Origin: an uncultured Actinomycetes bacterium
Lineage (GTDB): Bacteria; Actinomycetota; Thermoleophilia; Gaiellales; JAICJC01
NCBI GenBank assembly: GCA_963832955.1
Contig: CAWHWC010000001.1
Coordinates: 156,810-220,809 of the forward strand
Direction: 5' to 3'
Length of the DNA stretch: 64,000 bases
Positions 45,901 to 59,724 of this stretch are shown piece by piece (position 1 is the stretch's first letter; each line of letters opens with the position of its first letter). Below the pieces are notes generated by a model. That model did not search any database. It had not been told where the DNA came from and was given only the letters and a program-made list of their open reading frames with translations. The position numbers were made by a program, and so were the translations under genes.

Positions 45901-47166
45901 ATGGCCGAGGCTGCAGCCCAGCCCGCTCCGGGCCGCGTGCTCGTGATGAAGTTCGGGGGCACGTCGGTCGCCGATGCCGACAAGATCAGGCGCGTCGCCG
46001 CGCGCCTCGTCGCCGCGCAGGCGGCGGGCCGCCGCGTCGTCGGCGTGGTCTCGGCGATGGGACAGACCACGGATCAGCTCGTGGCCCTCGCCCGGGGCGT
46101 CTCCCCGCGCCCGCATCCGCGCGAGATGGACATGCTGCTCTCGACCGGCGAGCGGATCACCGCGGCGCTCTGCGCGATGGCGATCAACGATCTCGGACGG
46201 CACGCGGTGTCGCTCACCGGGTCGCAGGCGGGCATCGTGACCGACACCGTCCATACCAAGGCCAAGATCCTCGAGATCCGCCCGCGCCGGATCTCCGAGG
46301 CGCTCGACCGCGACGAGATCGTGCTCGTCGCCGGCTTCCAGGGCGTCTCGACGGCCTACGATGTGACGACGCTCGGCCGCGGCGGATCCGACACGACGGC
46401 GGTCGCCCTGGCCGCGGCCCTCGACGGCGACTGCGAGATCTACACCGACGTCGCCGGCGTGTTCACAGCCGACCCGCGGATCGTGCCGCACGCCAGGAAG
46501 CTCGGCGCCGTCTCGCCGCTCGAGATGCTCGAGATGGCCGGGTCGGGTGCGAGGGTGCTCCAGCTGCGGGCGGTCGAATTCGCCCGAAACCACGGCGTGC
46601 CGCTGCACGTGCGCTCGACCTTCACCGACGCGGACGGGACCTGGATCCGGGAAGATACGGACATGGAGGCGCCGATCATCTCGGGCATTACGCACACCAT
46701 CGACGAGGCCTACGTCACGCTCACCGACGTTCCCGACAAGCCGGGGACGGCAGCCGGCATCTTCAACGCGGTCGCCGCCGCCAACATTAACGTCGACACG
46801 ATCATCCAGAACGCCGTGACGCATGGCGACGCCGACGTCACCTTCTCGGTCCCGCTCGACGATCTCCCGCTCATGACCGACACGATCGAGGGGCTGTGCC
46901 ACGACCTGGGCCTGCACTGGCGGGTCGACGACGCCGCGGCCAAGATCAGCCTGATCGGCGCCGGAATGAAGAGCCATCCCGGCGTGGCGGCGAAGATGTT
47001 CCAGGTGCTCGCCGACCTCGGCATCAACGTCCGGATGATCGCGACCTCTCCGATCAAGGTCTCGTGCGTCGTCAGCCGCGACCGGGTGGCCGAGGCCGTG
47101 TCGGCCCTCCACTCGGCGTTCGAGGTCGAGCTCGCCGAGGCCGACGGGAGCAGCACCGTTGCGTAG
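45901..47166 (+). CDS. lysC: aspartate kinase
   Basis: '[24 protein letters not shown]', '[12 protein letters not shown]', 'VAGFQGV...[19 protein letters not shown]' and two C-terminal ACT domains. The canonical start is taken as ATG 45901. An in-frame internal ATG at 46663 could give a beta subunit. Confidence 0.9.
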   Translation: MAEAAAQPAPGRVLVMKFGGTSVADADKIRRVAARLVAAQAAGRRVVGVVSAMGQTTDQLVALARGVSPRPHPREMDMLLSTGERITAALCAMAINDLGRHAVSLTGSQAGIVTDTVHTKAKILEIRPRRISEALDRDEIVLVAGFQGVSTAYDVTTLGRGGSDTTAVALAAALDGDCEIYTDVAGVFTADPRIVPHARKLGAVSPLEMLEMAGSGARVLQLRAVEFARNHGVPLHVRSTFTDADGTWIREDTDMEAPIISGITHTIDEAYVTLTDVPDKPGTAAGIFNAVAAANINVDTIIQNAVTHGDADVTFSVPLDDLPLMTDTIEGLCHDLGLHWRVDDAAAKISLIGAGMKSHPGVAAKMFQVLADLGINVRMIATSPIKVSCVVSRDRVAEAVSALHSAFEVELAEADGSSTVA

Positions 47167-48194
47167 TCCGCGCGTGGCCGTCGTCGGCGCCACCGGCGCG
47201 GTCGGACCGATCGTGCTCGAGGTGCTGCACGAGCGCGGGTTCCCCGCCGCGGAGGTCGTCCCCTTCGCCTCGGCCCGATCGGCCGGCACGCGGGTGCCGT
47301 TCGCGGGATCCGAGCTCGAGGTACGCGAGCTCACGCCCGACGCGCTCGAGGGCTTCGACCTGGCGCTCTTCTCGGCGGGCGGGCTCGACGTCGCGAGCGT
47401 TCGCCCCCGAAGCCGTCGCGCGCGGCTGCGTCGTCGTCGACAAGTCGAGCGCCTTCCGCATGGACCCCGAGGTGCCGCTCGTCGTCCCCGAGGTGAACGC
47501 GGATGCCGCCGCCTCGCACCAGGGCATCGTCTCGAACCCGAACTGCTCCACGATCCAGCTCGTGTGCGTCCTCGCCCCGCTCCATGCCGCTGCCCGCGTG
47601 GCCCACGTCACGGTCGCGACCTACCAGGCGGTGTCGGGCACGGGAGCCAAGGCGGTCGACGAGCTGCGATCGCAATCCCGGGCTGCGCTCGATGGACACA
47701 CAGCCGAGCCGGTGGTGTACCCTCACCCGATCGCGTTCAACGCAATTCCGCAATGCGAGAGCTTCGAGGGGGAGAGCACGTTGGAGGAGACGAAGCTCGT
47801 GCTCGAGCCGCAGAAGATCCTCGGCGACGACACGATCGGGATCCATGCGACCTGCGTGCGCGTGCCGGTCTGGCGCGGGCACTCCGAGGCCGTGTGGATC
47901 GAGACGCACTCGCCGCTCGAGGCCGACGAGGCGCGCGAGATCCTGCGGGCCGCGCCCGGCGTGCGCGTGATCGACGACCCAGGGCGCTCCGAGTACCCGC
48001 TCGCCTCCGAGGCGACGCAGACCGACGACGTCCTCGTCGGGCGCATTCGGCGCGACCCGTCTCGTCGAAACGGGCTCGCGCTCTGGATCGTCTCCGACAA
48101 CCTCCGCAAGGGCGCCGCGACGAACGGCGTCCAGATCGCCGAGCTCCTCGTCGAGCGCGACCTCGTCCGCGTCCCCGGCCGGGCGGCGGCCTGA
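47159..48194 (+). pseudogene. asd: aspartate-semialdehyde dehydrogenase with one apparent +1 frameshift near 47385
   Basis: N-terminal 'RVAVVGATGAVGPIVLEVL...LALFSAGG' is in the 47159 frame. The rest, 'SRAFAPEAVARGCVVVDKSSAFR...SNPNCSTIQL...QAVSGTG', is in the 46896 frame. Removing one G from the GGG at about 47380-47382 restores 'SAGGSTSRAFAPEA'. Confidence 0.85.
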
Positions 48195-48658
48195 TGGGGA
48201 CGCCGGCCCGGGGCGGCCACCTCTGCCCCGTCTGCCTCCGTCCCGCAGGCTCCGGGACGTGCCACGAGCATGGCCCGTGGGAGCCGCACCAACTCCTCAC
48301 CCGCGACGACCGCCGCCGCGCGTCCGGGCAGCTCTTCCGCCAGCCGTTCGAGCCGCTCGTGCACGCCTGCCCCCGCTGCCTCGGTGAGGTGGCGCTTGGC
48401 CGGCTCGGCTTCCACTGCGTCGAGCACGGTGACGCCCGCGACTGCCACGGCCCCTACCGGGTCGACGAGCTGCTCGGGCCGACGGCCCAGCGCGAGGCGG
48501 CGCTCCACCGGTCGCGCCTCGCCCGCCGGACGCGCGCGCGGCGCGACGCCCAGGTCATCGAGCTGCATTCGCTGCCGTGGCCGGACGCCGCCCGGACCGC
48601 GCGCCTCGTGGCCGGCGCCGCCGTCATGGCGGCGACGCTCGCGTTCCTGGCGCGCTAG
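48194..48658 (+). CDS. hypothetical tail-anchored protein with duplicated Cys-knuckle (zinc-ribbon-like) motifs
   Basis: The ATG overlaps the asd stop (TGATG). Motifs 'CPVC-x9-CHEHG' and 'CPRC-x12-CVEHG', plus a C-terminal hydrophobic helix 'LVAGAAVMAATLAFLA'. Confidence 0.55.
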   Translation: MGTPARGGHLCPVCLRPAGSGTCHEHGPWEPHQLLTRDDRRRASGQLFRQPFEPLVHACPRCLGEVALGRLGFHCVEHGDARDCHGPYRVDELLGPTAQREAALHRSRLARRTRARRDAQVIELHSLPWPDAARTARLVAGAAVMAATLAFLAR

Positions 48659-48662
48659 CTGA

Positions 48663-49358
48663 CTAGACGTTCTGGCTGATCGCGATCGGCGTCGTCGTCG
48701 GCTTCTGCGAGCCGCCGGCCGGCTCGATCGTGACCGCGATCTTGTCGCCGGGCTTCGCGGACTGCGTCAGGTGCAGCTCGACCGTTCCGCCGCCCTTGAA
48801 CACCCCGGCGGGGAGGGCGGCGCTGCCGCGGATGATCCATGCCTCGTAGGTCTTGCCGTTCGGCGCCGGTCGCAGGCTGGCGAAGAGCGTGGCGTTGCCG
48901 TCGGTCTGAGCCACCACGTTGCCGACGCCGGGCACCGCCACGGCCGCGCCGTTGGCCAGGTCGTCACGGCTCGCGTTCACGTCGTTTCGGAGCGACACGT
49001 TCCAGGCCAGCATCCCGACGAGGGCCAGCGCCATGGCCGGGACGGCGACGGCCGCGAATCGCGGCCACCACTGCCGGCGCGGGCGGGCAGGGGCCGGCCG
49101 CGCGACCGGCTCGGCGGCGGGTGCAGCCGCGGGAGCGGCGACGACGGGCTCGGCGATCGCGAGAACCCGGCTTCGCAGCTCGGGCGGGGGAGCGACCTGC
49201 GGAACGCCGTAGGCGAGCGTCGCCGCGACCGCCTCGGTCTCGCGCAGCCGCCGGCGACAGCGCTCGCACTCGGCCAGGTGCACGACGACGCGCTCCTCGT
49301 CCTCGGAGGAGAGCGCGCGCAGGGCGTGGCCCGCGATCAGCTCGTCGACGTGTTCCAC
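48663..49358 (-). CDS. anti-sigma factor (zf-HC2 N-terminus, RskA-like extracytoplasmic domain)
   Basis: 'HLAECERCRRRL', one TM 'FAAVAVPAMALALVGMLAW' and the C-terminal 'KTYEAWIIRG...PAGVF...IAVTIEPAGGS'. It overlaps the sigma gene. Confidence 0.8.
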   Translation of the reverse strand: MEHVDELIAGHALRALSSEDEERVVVHLAECERCRRRLRETEAVAATLAYGVPQVAPPPELRSRVLAIAEPVVAAPAAAPAAEPVARPAPARPRRQWWPRFAAVAVPAMALALVGMLAWNVSLRNDVNASRDDLANGAAVAVPGVGNVVAQTDGNATLFASLRPAPNGKTYEAWIIRGSAALPAGVFKGGGTVELHLTQSAKPGDKIAVTIEPAGGSQKPTTTPIAISQNV

Positions 49359-49954
49359 TCGTCCTCCGGTCTCATCCCAACTGCTGCCAGCGCCTCGCGC
49401 AGGGCGTTCATCGCCGCGAAGGTGCGGCTCTTGACGGTCCCGATGGGGACGGCCAGCCGCTCGGCGAGCTCGGACTGCGTGTACCCGGCAAAGTAGGCGA
49501 GCTCGATCACCTCGCGGTGCGGATCGGGCAGCCGGGCGAGCGCGCTTGCGATCTGCTCACGGGCCACGCCGAGCCACGCCTGGTGCTCGACCGCCGGCTC
49601 CGGATCGGGGCTCACCGGCGCGTCGTCGAGCGGCTCCGTCCGGCGCCGCTCCTCCCGCCTCACGATGTCGACTGCTTTGTGATGGGTCATCGTCAAGATC
49701 CACGTCGAGGGCTGCCCCCGTGACGAGTCGAACGTCCTTGCCTGCGTCCACACGGCCAGGAACGCGTTCTGCACCACGTCGGCCGCCAGCTCCCGGTCGC
49801 GGACGATGCGCAGCGCGAGCGAGTACGCCGCCCCACCGTACATGTCGTACAGGCGGGCGAACGCCTCGCGGTCACCGCGGCCTACGAGCGCCAGGAGGCC
49901 GTGATCCGACAGATGCTCCACGCGTCCTTCCCTGTTGTTCTTGTCCGGGGTCAT
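49337..49954 (-). CDS. ECF (sigma-70 family) RNA polymerase sigma factor, SigK-like
   Basis: Region 2 'AFARLYDMYGGAAYSLALRIVRDRELAADVVQNAFLAVW' and region 4 'REVIELAYFAGYTQSELAERLAVPIGTVKSR'. Confidence 0.9.
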   Translation of the reverse strand: MTPDKNNREGRVEHLSDHGLLALVGRGDREAFARLYDMYGGAAYSLALRIVRDRELAADVVQNAFLAVWTQARTFDSSRGQPSTWILTMTHHKAVDIVRREERRRTEPLDDAPVSPDPEPAVEHQAWLGVAREQIASALARLPDPHREVIELAYFAGYTQSELAERLAVPIGTVKSRTFAAMNALREALAAVGMRPEDEWNTSTS

Positions 49955-49976
49955 TCGCGTGGGCTCCGAAACCGGT

Positions 49977-50594
49977 TCACCGCACCGCCGCCGGGGACGC
50001 GTCGGTCACCGAGAGGCGCGACCGAAGCCGCTCGAGCAGGCTCGGCTCGGCGACGGGCACGATGGCACGCAGGTCGAGGCGCATCAACTCGATTCTGCCA
50101 GCACTTCTGCGTGTGTGAAAGCCGAAATCGCGCAGAAAGTCGGACGGGAAGATCGTCCGGTGGCGGACGAACCGCTCGGAGAAGCCCGCATCAGGCGCGT
50201 GCCGGTACGCAAAGGCCTCGAGCGCGACGAGGCCGCGGTCGCGACACTCGCCGATCGCCGCCAGGATCAGGCTCTGGAGCGCCCACGGGCTCCCCGCCTC
50301 GATCAGGTAGGCGCAGGTGATGATCGCGGCGTCCCGGCTCGGAGGCCCGGCGGGCATCGACTGGGCTCGCGGGAACGCGTCCGCCGGGCCGTACTGCACG
50401 AGGCCGATCACGCGGCCGCCGTCGCGGTAGAGCTTCCCCCACGGCCCGAACTCCTCCTCGGCCGACTCGATCCACCGGCGCCGCTCGGCGGAGTCGCGGC
50501 CCGGCCGGGTCTGCCACCACATGCACTCCCGGCACGGCGGCGGCGCATCGGTGACCGTCGCGCCGGTGAGATGGTCGACGCCGGCTGCGCTCAT
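49977..50594 (-). CDS. GNAT-like acetyltransferase family protein (tentative)
   Basis: 205 aa with an N-terminal 'CRECMWWQ' and a core 'AIITCAYLIEAGSPWALQSLILAAIGECRDRGLVALEAFAY'. I recognise the pattern from actinobacterial GNAT annotations but have not verified it. Confidence 0.45.
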   Translation of the reverse strand: MSAAGVDHLTGATVTDAPPPCRECMWWQTRPGRDSAERRRWIESAEEEFGPWGKLYRDGGRVIGLVQYGPADAFPRAQSMPAGPPSRDAAIITCAYLIEAGSPWALQSLILAAIGECRDRGLVALEAFAYRHAPDAGFSERFVRHRTIFPSDFLRDFGFHTRRSAGRIELMRLDLRAIVPVAEPSLLERLRSRLSVTDASPAAVR

Positions 50595-50959
50595 GGCGCG
50601 GCGACGTCGTCGACGTGCACCGAGACGACCGCGACCTCGAGCGCCACCATCGACTCGAGATAGCTTCGCACCGCCTGCTCGACGCCGGCGGCGACCGCAG
50701 GGATCGACGCTCCCCAGGCGGTGACGATGTGGAGCTCAACCTCGAGGCCGTCCGGGCCGGCGGCGACGCGGACTCCGGCCCGCTCGGGGTCGGCGCGCCG
50801 TTCGAGCGGTGCAAACCCGCTGGCGGTCAGCGCGTGCACACCCTCCACCTCGCGGGCCGCCGCTGCCGCGTAGGTCGCGATGACCGCGTGCGAGATGTGT
50901 GCGGCGACGCCGGCCGAGTGCACCGACTCGGTCGGAGCCCCTCCGGACGCGTCGCTCAT
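50591..50959 (-). CDS. Asp23/Gls24 family envelope stress protein
   Basis: 122 aa with 'ISHAVIATYAAAAAREVEGVHAL....VRVAAGPDGLEVELHIV...IPAVAAGVEQAVRSYLESMV'. Confidence 0.75.
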   Translation of the reverse strand: MSDASGGAPTESVHSAGVAAHISHAVIATYAAAAAREVEGVHALTASGFAPLERRADPERAGVRVAAGPDGLEVELHIVTAWGASIPAVAAGVEQAVRSYLESMVALEVAVVSVHVDDVAAP

Positions 50960-50984
50960 GGAGCGAGTATACGGCTGGGGCTGA

Positions 50985-51821
50985 TCACGCCGTTCGCAGC
51001 CGCAGAAGCCGCACCTCGGGGCGGGCCGCCACGCGGAACGGGACGAGGGTCGTCCCGAGCCCGCGCGTCACGACGACCGTGGTGGCGCCGTCGCGGTAGA
51101 TCCCCTCCCGGAAGCGATGGACGCCGTGCGCCAGCCGGAGCTTTCCCCAGGGCGTCGGCAGGCAGATCTGGCCGCCGTGCAGGTGCCCGCAGAGCACGAG
51201 GTCGGCCGAATCCGGCGCAAGGCGCTCGGCGGCCTCCGGGAAGTGGGCCAGCAGCAGGCGCAGGTCGGCGCCGTCCGTGAACAGCTCGCCCGAAGGCGGC
51301 GCCCGCCCGGCGAGCCAGTCCTCGGCGTCCAGGCCGCCCACCTCGATCCGGGCGCCGCGGGCCTCGATCGTGTGCGTCTCCCCGCGCAGGAGCGTCACCG
51401 GCGCGTCGCCCCAGTCGTCGACGATCGCGCCGCGCGAGAATGGGTCGTTGCTCGCCCCCACGTCGTGGTTTCCGAGCACCGCGACGATCCCGAGCGGGGG
51501 CCGCAGACGCTCCAGCTCTCGGACGACGGGACCGATCGCCCGCGGGTGGCTGACGATGTCGCCGGTGAGCGCCACCAGATCCGGATCGCACTCGACGCCG
51601 TAGTCGACCGCCTTGCGAAATGCGCGCATGTTGAGCGACGGCGTCCCCGCATGGAGGTCGCTCACGTGCAGCACGGAGAGGCCGTCGAGGGCGGCCGGCA
51701 GCCCCGCCACGGCGACCTCGACCTCCCCGCATTCCACCCACTGCGACTCGAAGAGGCCCCACGCGGCGGCGCCCGCCCCGGCCGCGGCCAGGACGGCGAA
51801 AGCCCGGGAGCTAGTCGCCAC
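50985..51821 (-). CDS. metallophosphoesterase (YkuE/YaeI-like, membrane-associated)
   Basis: 'VLHVSDLHAG', 'LVALTGDIVS', 'VLGNHD' and 'VLCGHLHGGQICLP'. Confidence 0.85.
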   Translation of the reverse strand: MATSSRAFAVLAAAGAGAAAWGLFESQWVECGEVEVAVAGLPAALDGLSVLHVSDLHAGTPSLNMRAFRKAVDYGVECDPDLVALTGDIVSHPRAIGPVVRELERLRPPLGIVAVLGNHDVGASNDPFSRGAIVDDWGDAPVTLLRGETHTIEARGARIEVGGLDAEDWLAGRAPPSGELFTDGADLRLLLAHFPEAAERLAPDSADLVLCGHLHGGQICLPTPWGKLRLAHGVHRFREGIYRDGATTVVVTRGLGTTLVPFRVAARPEVRLLRLRTA

Positions 51822-52011
51822 GCACGGAGTCGAGCTCGTCGCGCAGGCGGCCCCGGGCCCTTGCGATCCGCTCGCGCAGCATGCTCCGGCGATCCTCGTC
51901 GCCCGAATGGCCGTTGCCGGACGCGGCGATCGGCTCGCGCCGATCGGCCAGGAACGCGGCTGCGGCGGCCGCGGCGGCGGCTCCGAGGACGAGAGCGAGA
52001 ATCCAGCGCAT
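51811..52011 (-). CDS. small membrane-anchored hypothetical protein (66 aa)
   Basis: N-terminal helix 'WILALVLGAAAAAAAAAFL' followed by a charged tail. High GC3. It overlaps the downstream gene by 11 nt. Confidence 0.45.
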   Translation of the reverse strand: MRWILALVLGAAAAAAAAAFLADRREPIAASGNGHSGDEDRRSMLRERIARARGRLRDELDSVRGD

Positions 52012-52020
52012 GCGGGGATT

Positions 52021-52527
52021 CTACCCGCAGACGCCCCACAACCCCTGCCCTCCGATCGCCGCCTGCCGCTCGAGGGCGGCGAACAGCGCCTCGTGGGCGG
52101 TGTTGGGCGGGAACGGGTAGGCGCGGGCGTATCCCAGCTCGACGAGCCGAGCGTTCACGAACTGCGCGTGCGACCCCATGAGCCAGACGTAGGCCAGGAA
52201 CCGCCCGTAGCGATCGTTGGTCTCGCGGTCGTAGCGCAGGATCACGGTGCGGCCGGTGAGCAGGTGCTTCGCATACGCCGACGCCTCGGGCCCGTAGCAG
52301 CCCACGGGGCGGCGCGGGTCGACCGTCTCGGGCGTGTCGATCCCGATCAGCCGGATGTCCTCGGTGCGGCCACCCGGGCCGCGGACGATGATCGTGTCGC
52401 CGTCGACGACGCGGACGACCGTCCCTCCCGCGATCGGGGCCTGATTCGACCTGTGCACCCAGACGACCCCGGCGATGGCGAGGGCCAGGGCCACGACCGC
52501 GACGCGGATCCCGGTTCCGAAGCGCAT
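52021..52527 (-). CDS. thermonuclease (staphylococcal nuclease-like), membrane/secreted
   Basis: I prefer ATG 52527 (TACCGT-N6-ATG). Signal/anchor 'IRVAVVALALAIAGVVWV'. 'VVRVVDGDTIIV...IRLIGIDTPE...GPEASAYAKHLL...DRYGRFLAYVW'. Confidence 0.85.
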   Translation of the reverse strand: MRFGTGIRVAVVALALAIAGVVWVHRSNQAPIAGGTVVRVVDGDTIIVRGPGGRTEDIRLIGIDTPETVDPRRPVGCYGPEASAYAKHLLTGRTVILRYDRETNDRYGRFLAYVWLMGSHAQFVNARLVELGYARAYPFPPNTAHEALFAALERQAAIGGQGLWGVCG

Positions 52528-52645
52528 GCCGAGACGGTACGGAGGCAATTGCGCCGCGTGGGTCACGAGGCGTGGCGAACCGGTGCCGGCCCGCGCACGG
52601 GAGCGGCTCCATCCGGAGGCGACCCTACACTGGGGGGTCCGGCCC

Positions 52646-53740
52646 ATGAAGGTCCTCCATCTCGCAGACACCCACCTCGACCGCGTGTTCGGCGCCGCCG
52701 AGGATCGCCGCGACGCGGCCCGCCGCCGCGCCGGCCTGCGCGATGCGCTCTCGCGGGCGCTCGCGGCCGGACGGGCCGACGGTGTGGGCGCAATCGTCCT
52801 CGCGGGCGACGTCTACGAGCACGCCTCCGTGACCGCCGACACCGTCGCCTTCCTGGCGGGGGAGCTCGCAGCGCGCCGCGGTCCCGGTGCTGGTAACGCC
52901 CGGCAACCACGACCCCTACGTCGCCGGATCGGCCTGGCAGCTCGCCAGGTGGCCGGCGAACGTCCACATCTTCAGCGCCGACAGGGTCGAGCCCTACGAG
53001 CTCGGCGACGACGTCGTCGTGTGGGGGGCGGCGTTCTGCGGAGCGACCGCTCCGGCCGGCGTCCCAGACGGGTTCCGGGCGCCCGTCCGACGGCCGCACC
53101 CACCTGCTCGCCCTCCACGCCGCCCTCACGGGCGAGCGCTGGGCCGACGAGGGCCGGCACCGCTCGGTGACCCGAGCCCAGCTCGAGGCGACCAACGTCG
53201 CGCGCGTCCTCCTGGGGCACTTCCACGACGGCTACGACGACGGCCGGATCTGCTACCCCGGAAGCCCCGAGCCGCTCGGCTGGGGCGAGCGCCACGGCGA
53301 CCACGGCGCCTCGATCGTCACCGTCTCGTCGACCGGAGTCACCGCACGGCACGTGCCGATCGCCGCCCGCCGGTACGTCGAGCGGGCCGTGTCCGCAGCA
53401 GGCGCGGCCGGCTCCGCCGACATCGAGGCCCTGGTGGCAGCCGAGGCCGCCCGCGAGCCGGGCGCCTGCCTCCGGCTGATTCTCGAGGGCGAGGTCGCCC
53501 CCGGATGCGCGATCGACGTCGACGCGCTCGGAGGAGCGGTTCGGCGCAGGCTTGGAGCAGCTCGTGGTCGTCGACCGCACGCGCCCGGCGTACGACCTCC
53601 GAGCGATCGCCGCCGAGCGCTCGGTCCGCGGCCGGTTCGTGGCACGGCTGCTCGAGAGCGACGATCCCGCGGCGGGCGAGGCCGTGCTGGCCGGCCTGCG
53701 CGCGCTCGACGGACACGCCGAGGTGCTCGGTGCACATTGA
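52646..53740 (+). pseudogene. SbcD/YhaO-like DNA repair exonuclease (metallophosphoesterase), frame-disrupted
   Basis: 'MKVLHLADTHLD' and 'IVLAGDVYEH' are in the 52475 frame. 'VLVTPGNHDPY' is in the 52887 frame. 'LLGHFHDGY' is in the 53167 frame. The C-terminus is in 53552..53740. Confidence 0.7.
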
Positions 53741-56026
53741 GTCCGTCCACCTGCACGGATTCGGCCGCCTCGCGGGGCGCCAGTTCCGCTTCGGCCCCGG
53801 GCTGACCGTGGTGCACGGCCCGAACGAGGCGGGCAAGAGCACGCTCCACGCGGCCCTGTCGGCGGCGCTCTTCGGCCTCGTCGGAAGCGGCCGGAGGAAG
53901 CGCGACGACACCGCCCGGATCGAGCGCTTCCGTCCGTGGGACGGAGCTCGGTACGCCGCGACCGCCGAGGTGGTCGCGGCCGGTGGCCGGCGGCTCCGCC
54001 TCGAGTGGGACTTCGACCGCGGCCGGGTCGCAGTGGTCGACGCCGCCGCGGGCACCGACGTCACGCGGGACTATGGCGGCGGCGATCCCGACGAGCTCGT
54101 GCGCGCGCTCTGGGGCGTCGAGCGTGGTGTGTATCTGCATCTCGGCCACGTCGCCCAGGCCGAGCTGGCGCGGATCTCCGACCCGGCGGGCGTGCGTCAC
54201 GCAATCGAAGCCGTCGTCGGCCAGGGCGCAGCCGACTCCCCGGCCCAGGCAGCCGTGGCCGCGCTCAAGCACCAGCGGGCGTGCCTGGTCGGGCTGAACT
54301 CGGCAGCGACCAAGCCCCTTGCGCGTGCCCGCGCCGAGCGTGACCGGCTCGCCGATGCCGTCGCCGACGCGGCCGCCGAGCGCGAGGCCGTCGACGAGCT
54401 CGCGTCCGAACGCGACTCCGCCCGGGCATCAGCCGAGGCCGCCGACCGGCGTGTCCGCGCTCTGGAGCACGCCGGCGCCCATGTCCGCGCCCGCGAGCTT
54501 CGCCGCCGCATCGAATGGGCGGACGAGGCCGATCGTGCCGCCCGTCGCCGCCGCCGTCGTCGTGGCGCGTGAGGCCGAGCACGCCGACTTCGCCCCTTCC
54601 CCCGACGTCGGCACGCTGCGCCACCGCCTGCGCGACCTCGAGACCGAGCGCGACCGCCGCTCCGGCGAGCGGATGCTCGACACGCAGCGGCTGACCGAGG
54701 TCGAGCGCGAGCAGGCGGCGCTCGCGGCTCGGGCCGATGCGCTGGCCGCCCACCGCGGGGCGTCCGCGCGCGCGGCCGAGATCGACGCGCTGGCGCTTGC
54801 GGCAGAGCACGGCGGTGAGGGCCGCCGACGTCTCCTCGGGCTGATCGCGCTCGCCGGCGCCGTCGCAGTGGCCGCGGTCGCGGTCGGTCAGCCGGCGCTG
54901 GCCGCCGTTGCCGTCATCGCCGGCATCGCGTCGCTGGTGCTCGCCGTCCGCCGAATGCCTCCTGGAGCCGCCGAGCTCGACCGGGCGCTGCCGGGCACCG
55001 GCCCCGTCGAGGAGCGGCTCGCCGCCCATCGAGCGGCGTGCGCGGCCGACCGCGAGCTCGACCGCGTCGAGCGTGAGCTCAGCCGCGTCCAGGTGAGCTA
55101 CGCCGGGCTCCGGGCCGACCTGGCGGCACTCGACCAGATCGAGCACGAGCGGGCGCAGGTGTCCGACCGCGTGCGCTCCGAGCTGGCGCGGGCCGGGATC
55201 GACGACGACGACCTCGAGGACGGCCTGCGCCGGTACGACGCCGCCGCGTCCGGCCATGCCCAGTTCGTCGACGCCGTCGCCACCCAGCGGCAGAAGCGGG
55301 CCGAGCTCGAACGGCTGCTCGGCGAGGAGTCGCTCGAGGAGGCGCGGCGCAGGCTCGGCGAGATCGAGTCCGGCCTGAACGGCCATGCGGCGCTGGCCGA
55401 CGGACGTGACCTCGCCGAGGTCGAGGCCGAGCGGGCCGCCGCCGAGGCCGAGCGCGACCGCGCCGCGCTGAGCGCCACCGCGCTCGACGTCCGGCTTGCG
55501 GAGCGGCAGCGGTCGGCGCCGCGGGTCGCAGAGCTTCGTGAGCAGCTCGAGGAGGCAATCGAGCAGGTCGCCCGCCTCGAGCACACCGACGCGGTGCTGC
55601 GACTTGCGGAGGCGGAGCTGGCCGCGGCGGCCGACGAGACCTATCGCGACGTGGCGCCGGCCCTCGGCGCAGCGCTCGCCGAGCCGATCAGCAGGCTGAC
55701 TGCCGGACGCTACGCGACCGCGTTCGTGGAGGACGATCTCGGCGTGCGTCTCGAAACTCCCGAGCGCGGCGAGGTCGTCGATCTGGCCGCCCTGTCACAC
55801 GGCACTCAGCGGCAGGTCTACCTGGTGCAGCGCCTCGAGCTCGTCCGGCTCCTGTGCCCCGAGGGCGCCACGCCTCCGGTGCTCCTCGACGACCCGTTCG
55901 CGCACGTCGATGCCGAGCGGGTCGCGCGCACCCTGGCCTACCTGTCGGACCTGGCCGCCGACCGGCAGCTGATCCTGTTCTCGACCGACCGCGCCGCGGT
56001 CGACCTGGCGCCCAGCTCGGCGGCGG

Positions 56027-59724
<3,698 letters not shown>

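Noticed and set aside
45574-45903. The decarboxylase, the acidic ORF and lysC are all in the same reading frame, separated only by one TAG. This hints at a read-through fusion.
   Set aside because: Shared frame has a one-in-three chance, and stop-free stretches are common at this GC content. There is no recoding signal, and lysC appears to have its own -10 box.
44065-47334. Very long antisense ORF (1089 aa) opposite the decarboxylase and lysC genes. Similar R/G/P/A-rich ORFs occur throughout the window, for example 1084..2253(-), 2376..4469(+), 26780..28963(+) and 34291..35922(-).
   Set aside because: The translations are low-complexity Arg/Pro/Gly/Asp strings with no motifs, and they lie opposite or out of frame to well-supported genes. 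Such shadow ORFs are expected in a stop-codon-poor, high-GC genome.
50985-51821. Whether the YkuE-like phosphoesterase belongs to the same family as the three secreted paralogs.
   Set aside because: It has a different motif spacing (DLHAG / GDIVS / GNHD / GHLHGG) and no similarity outside the generic calcineurin-like motifs, so it is unrelated to the cluster family.
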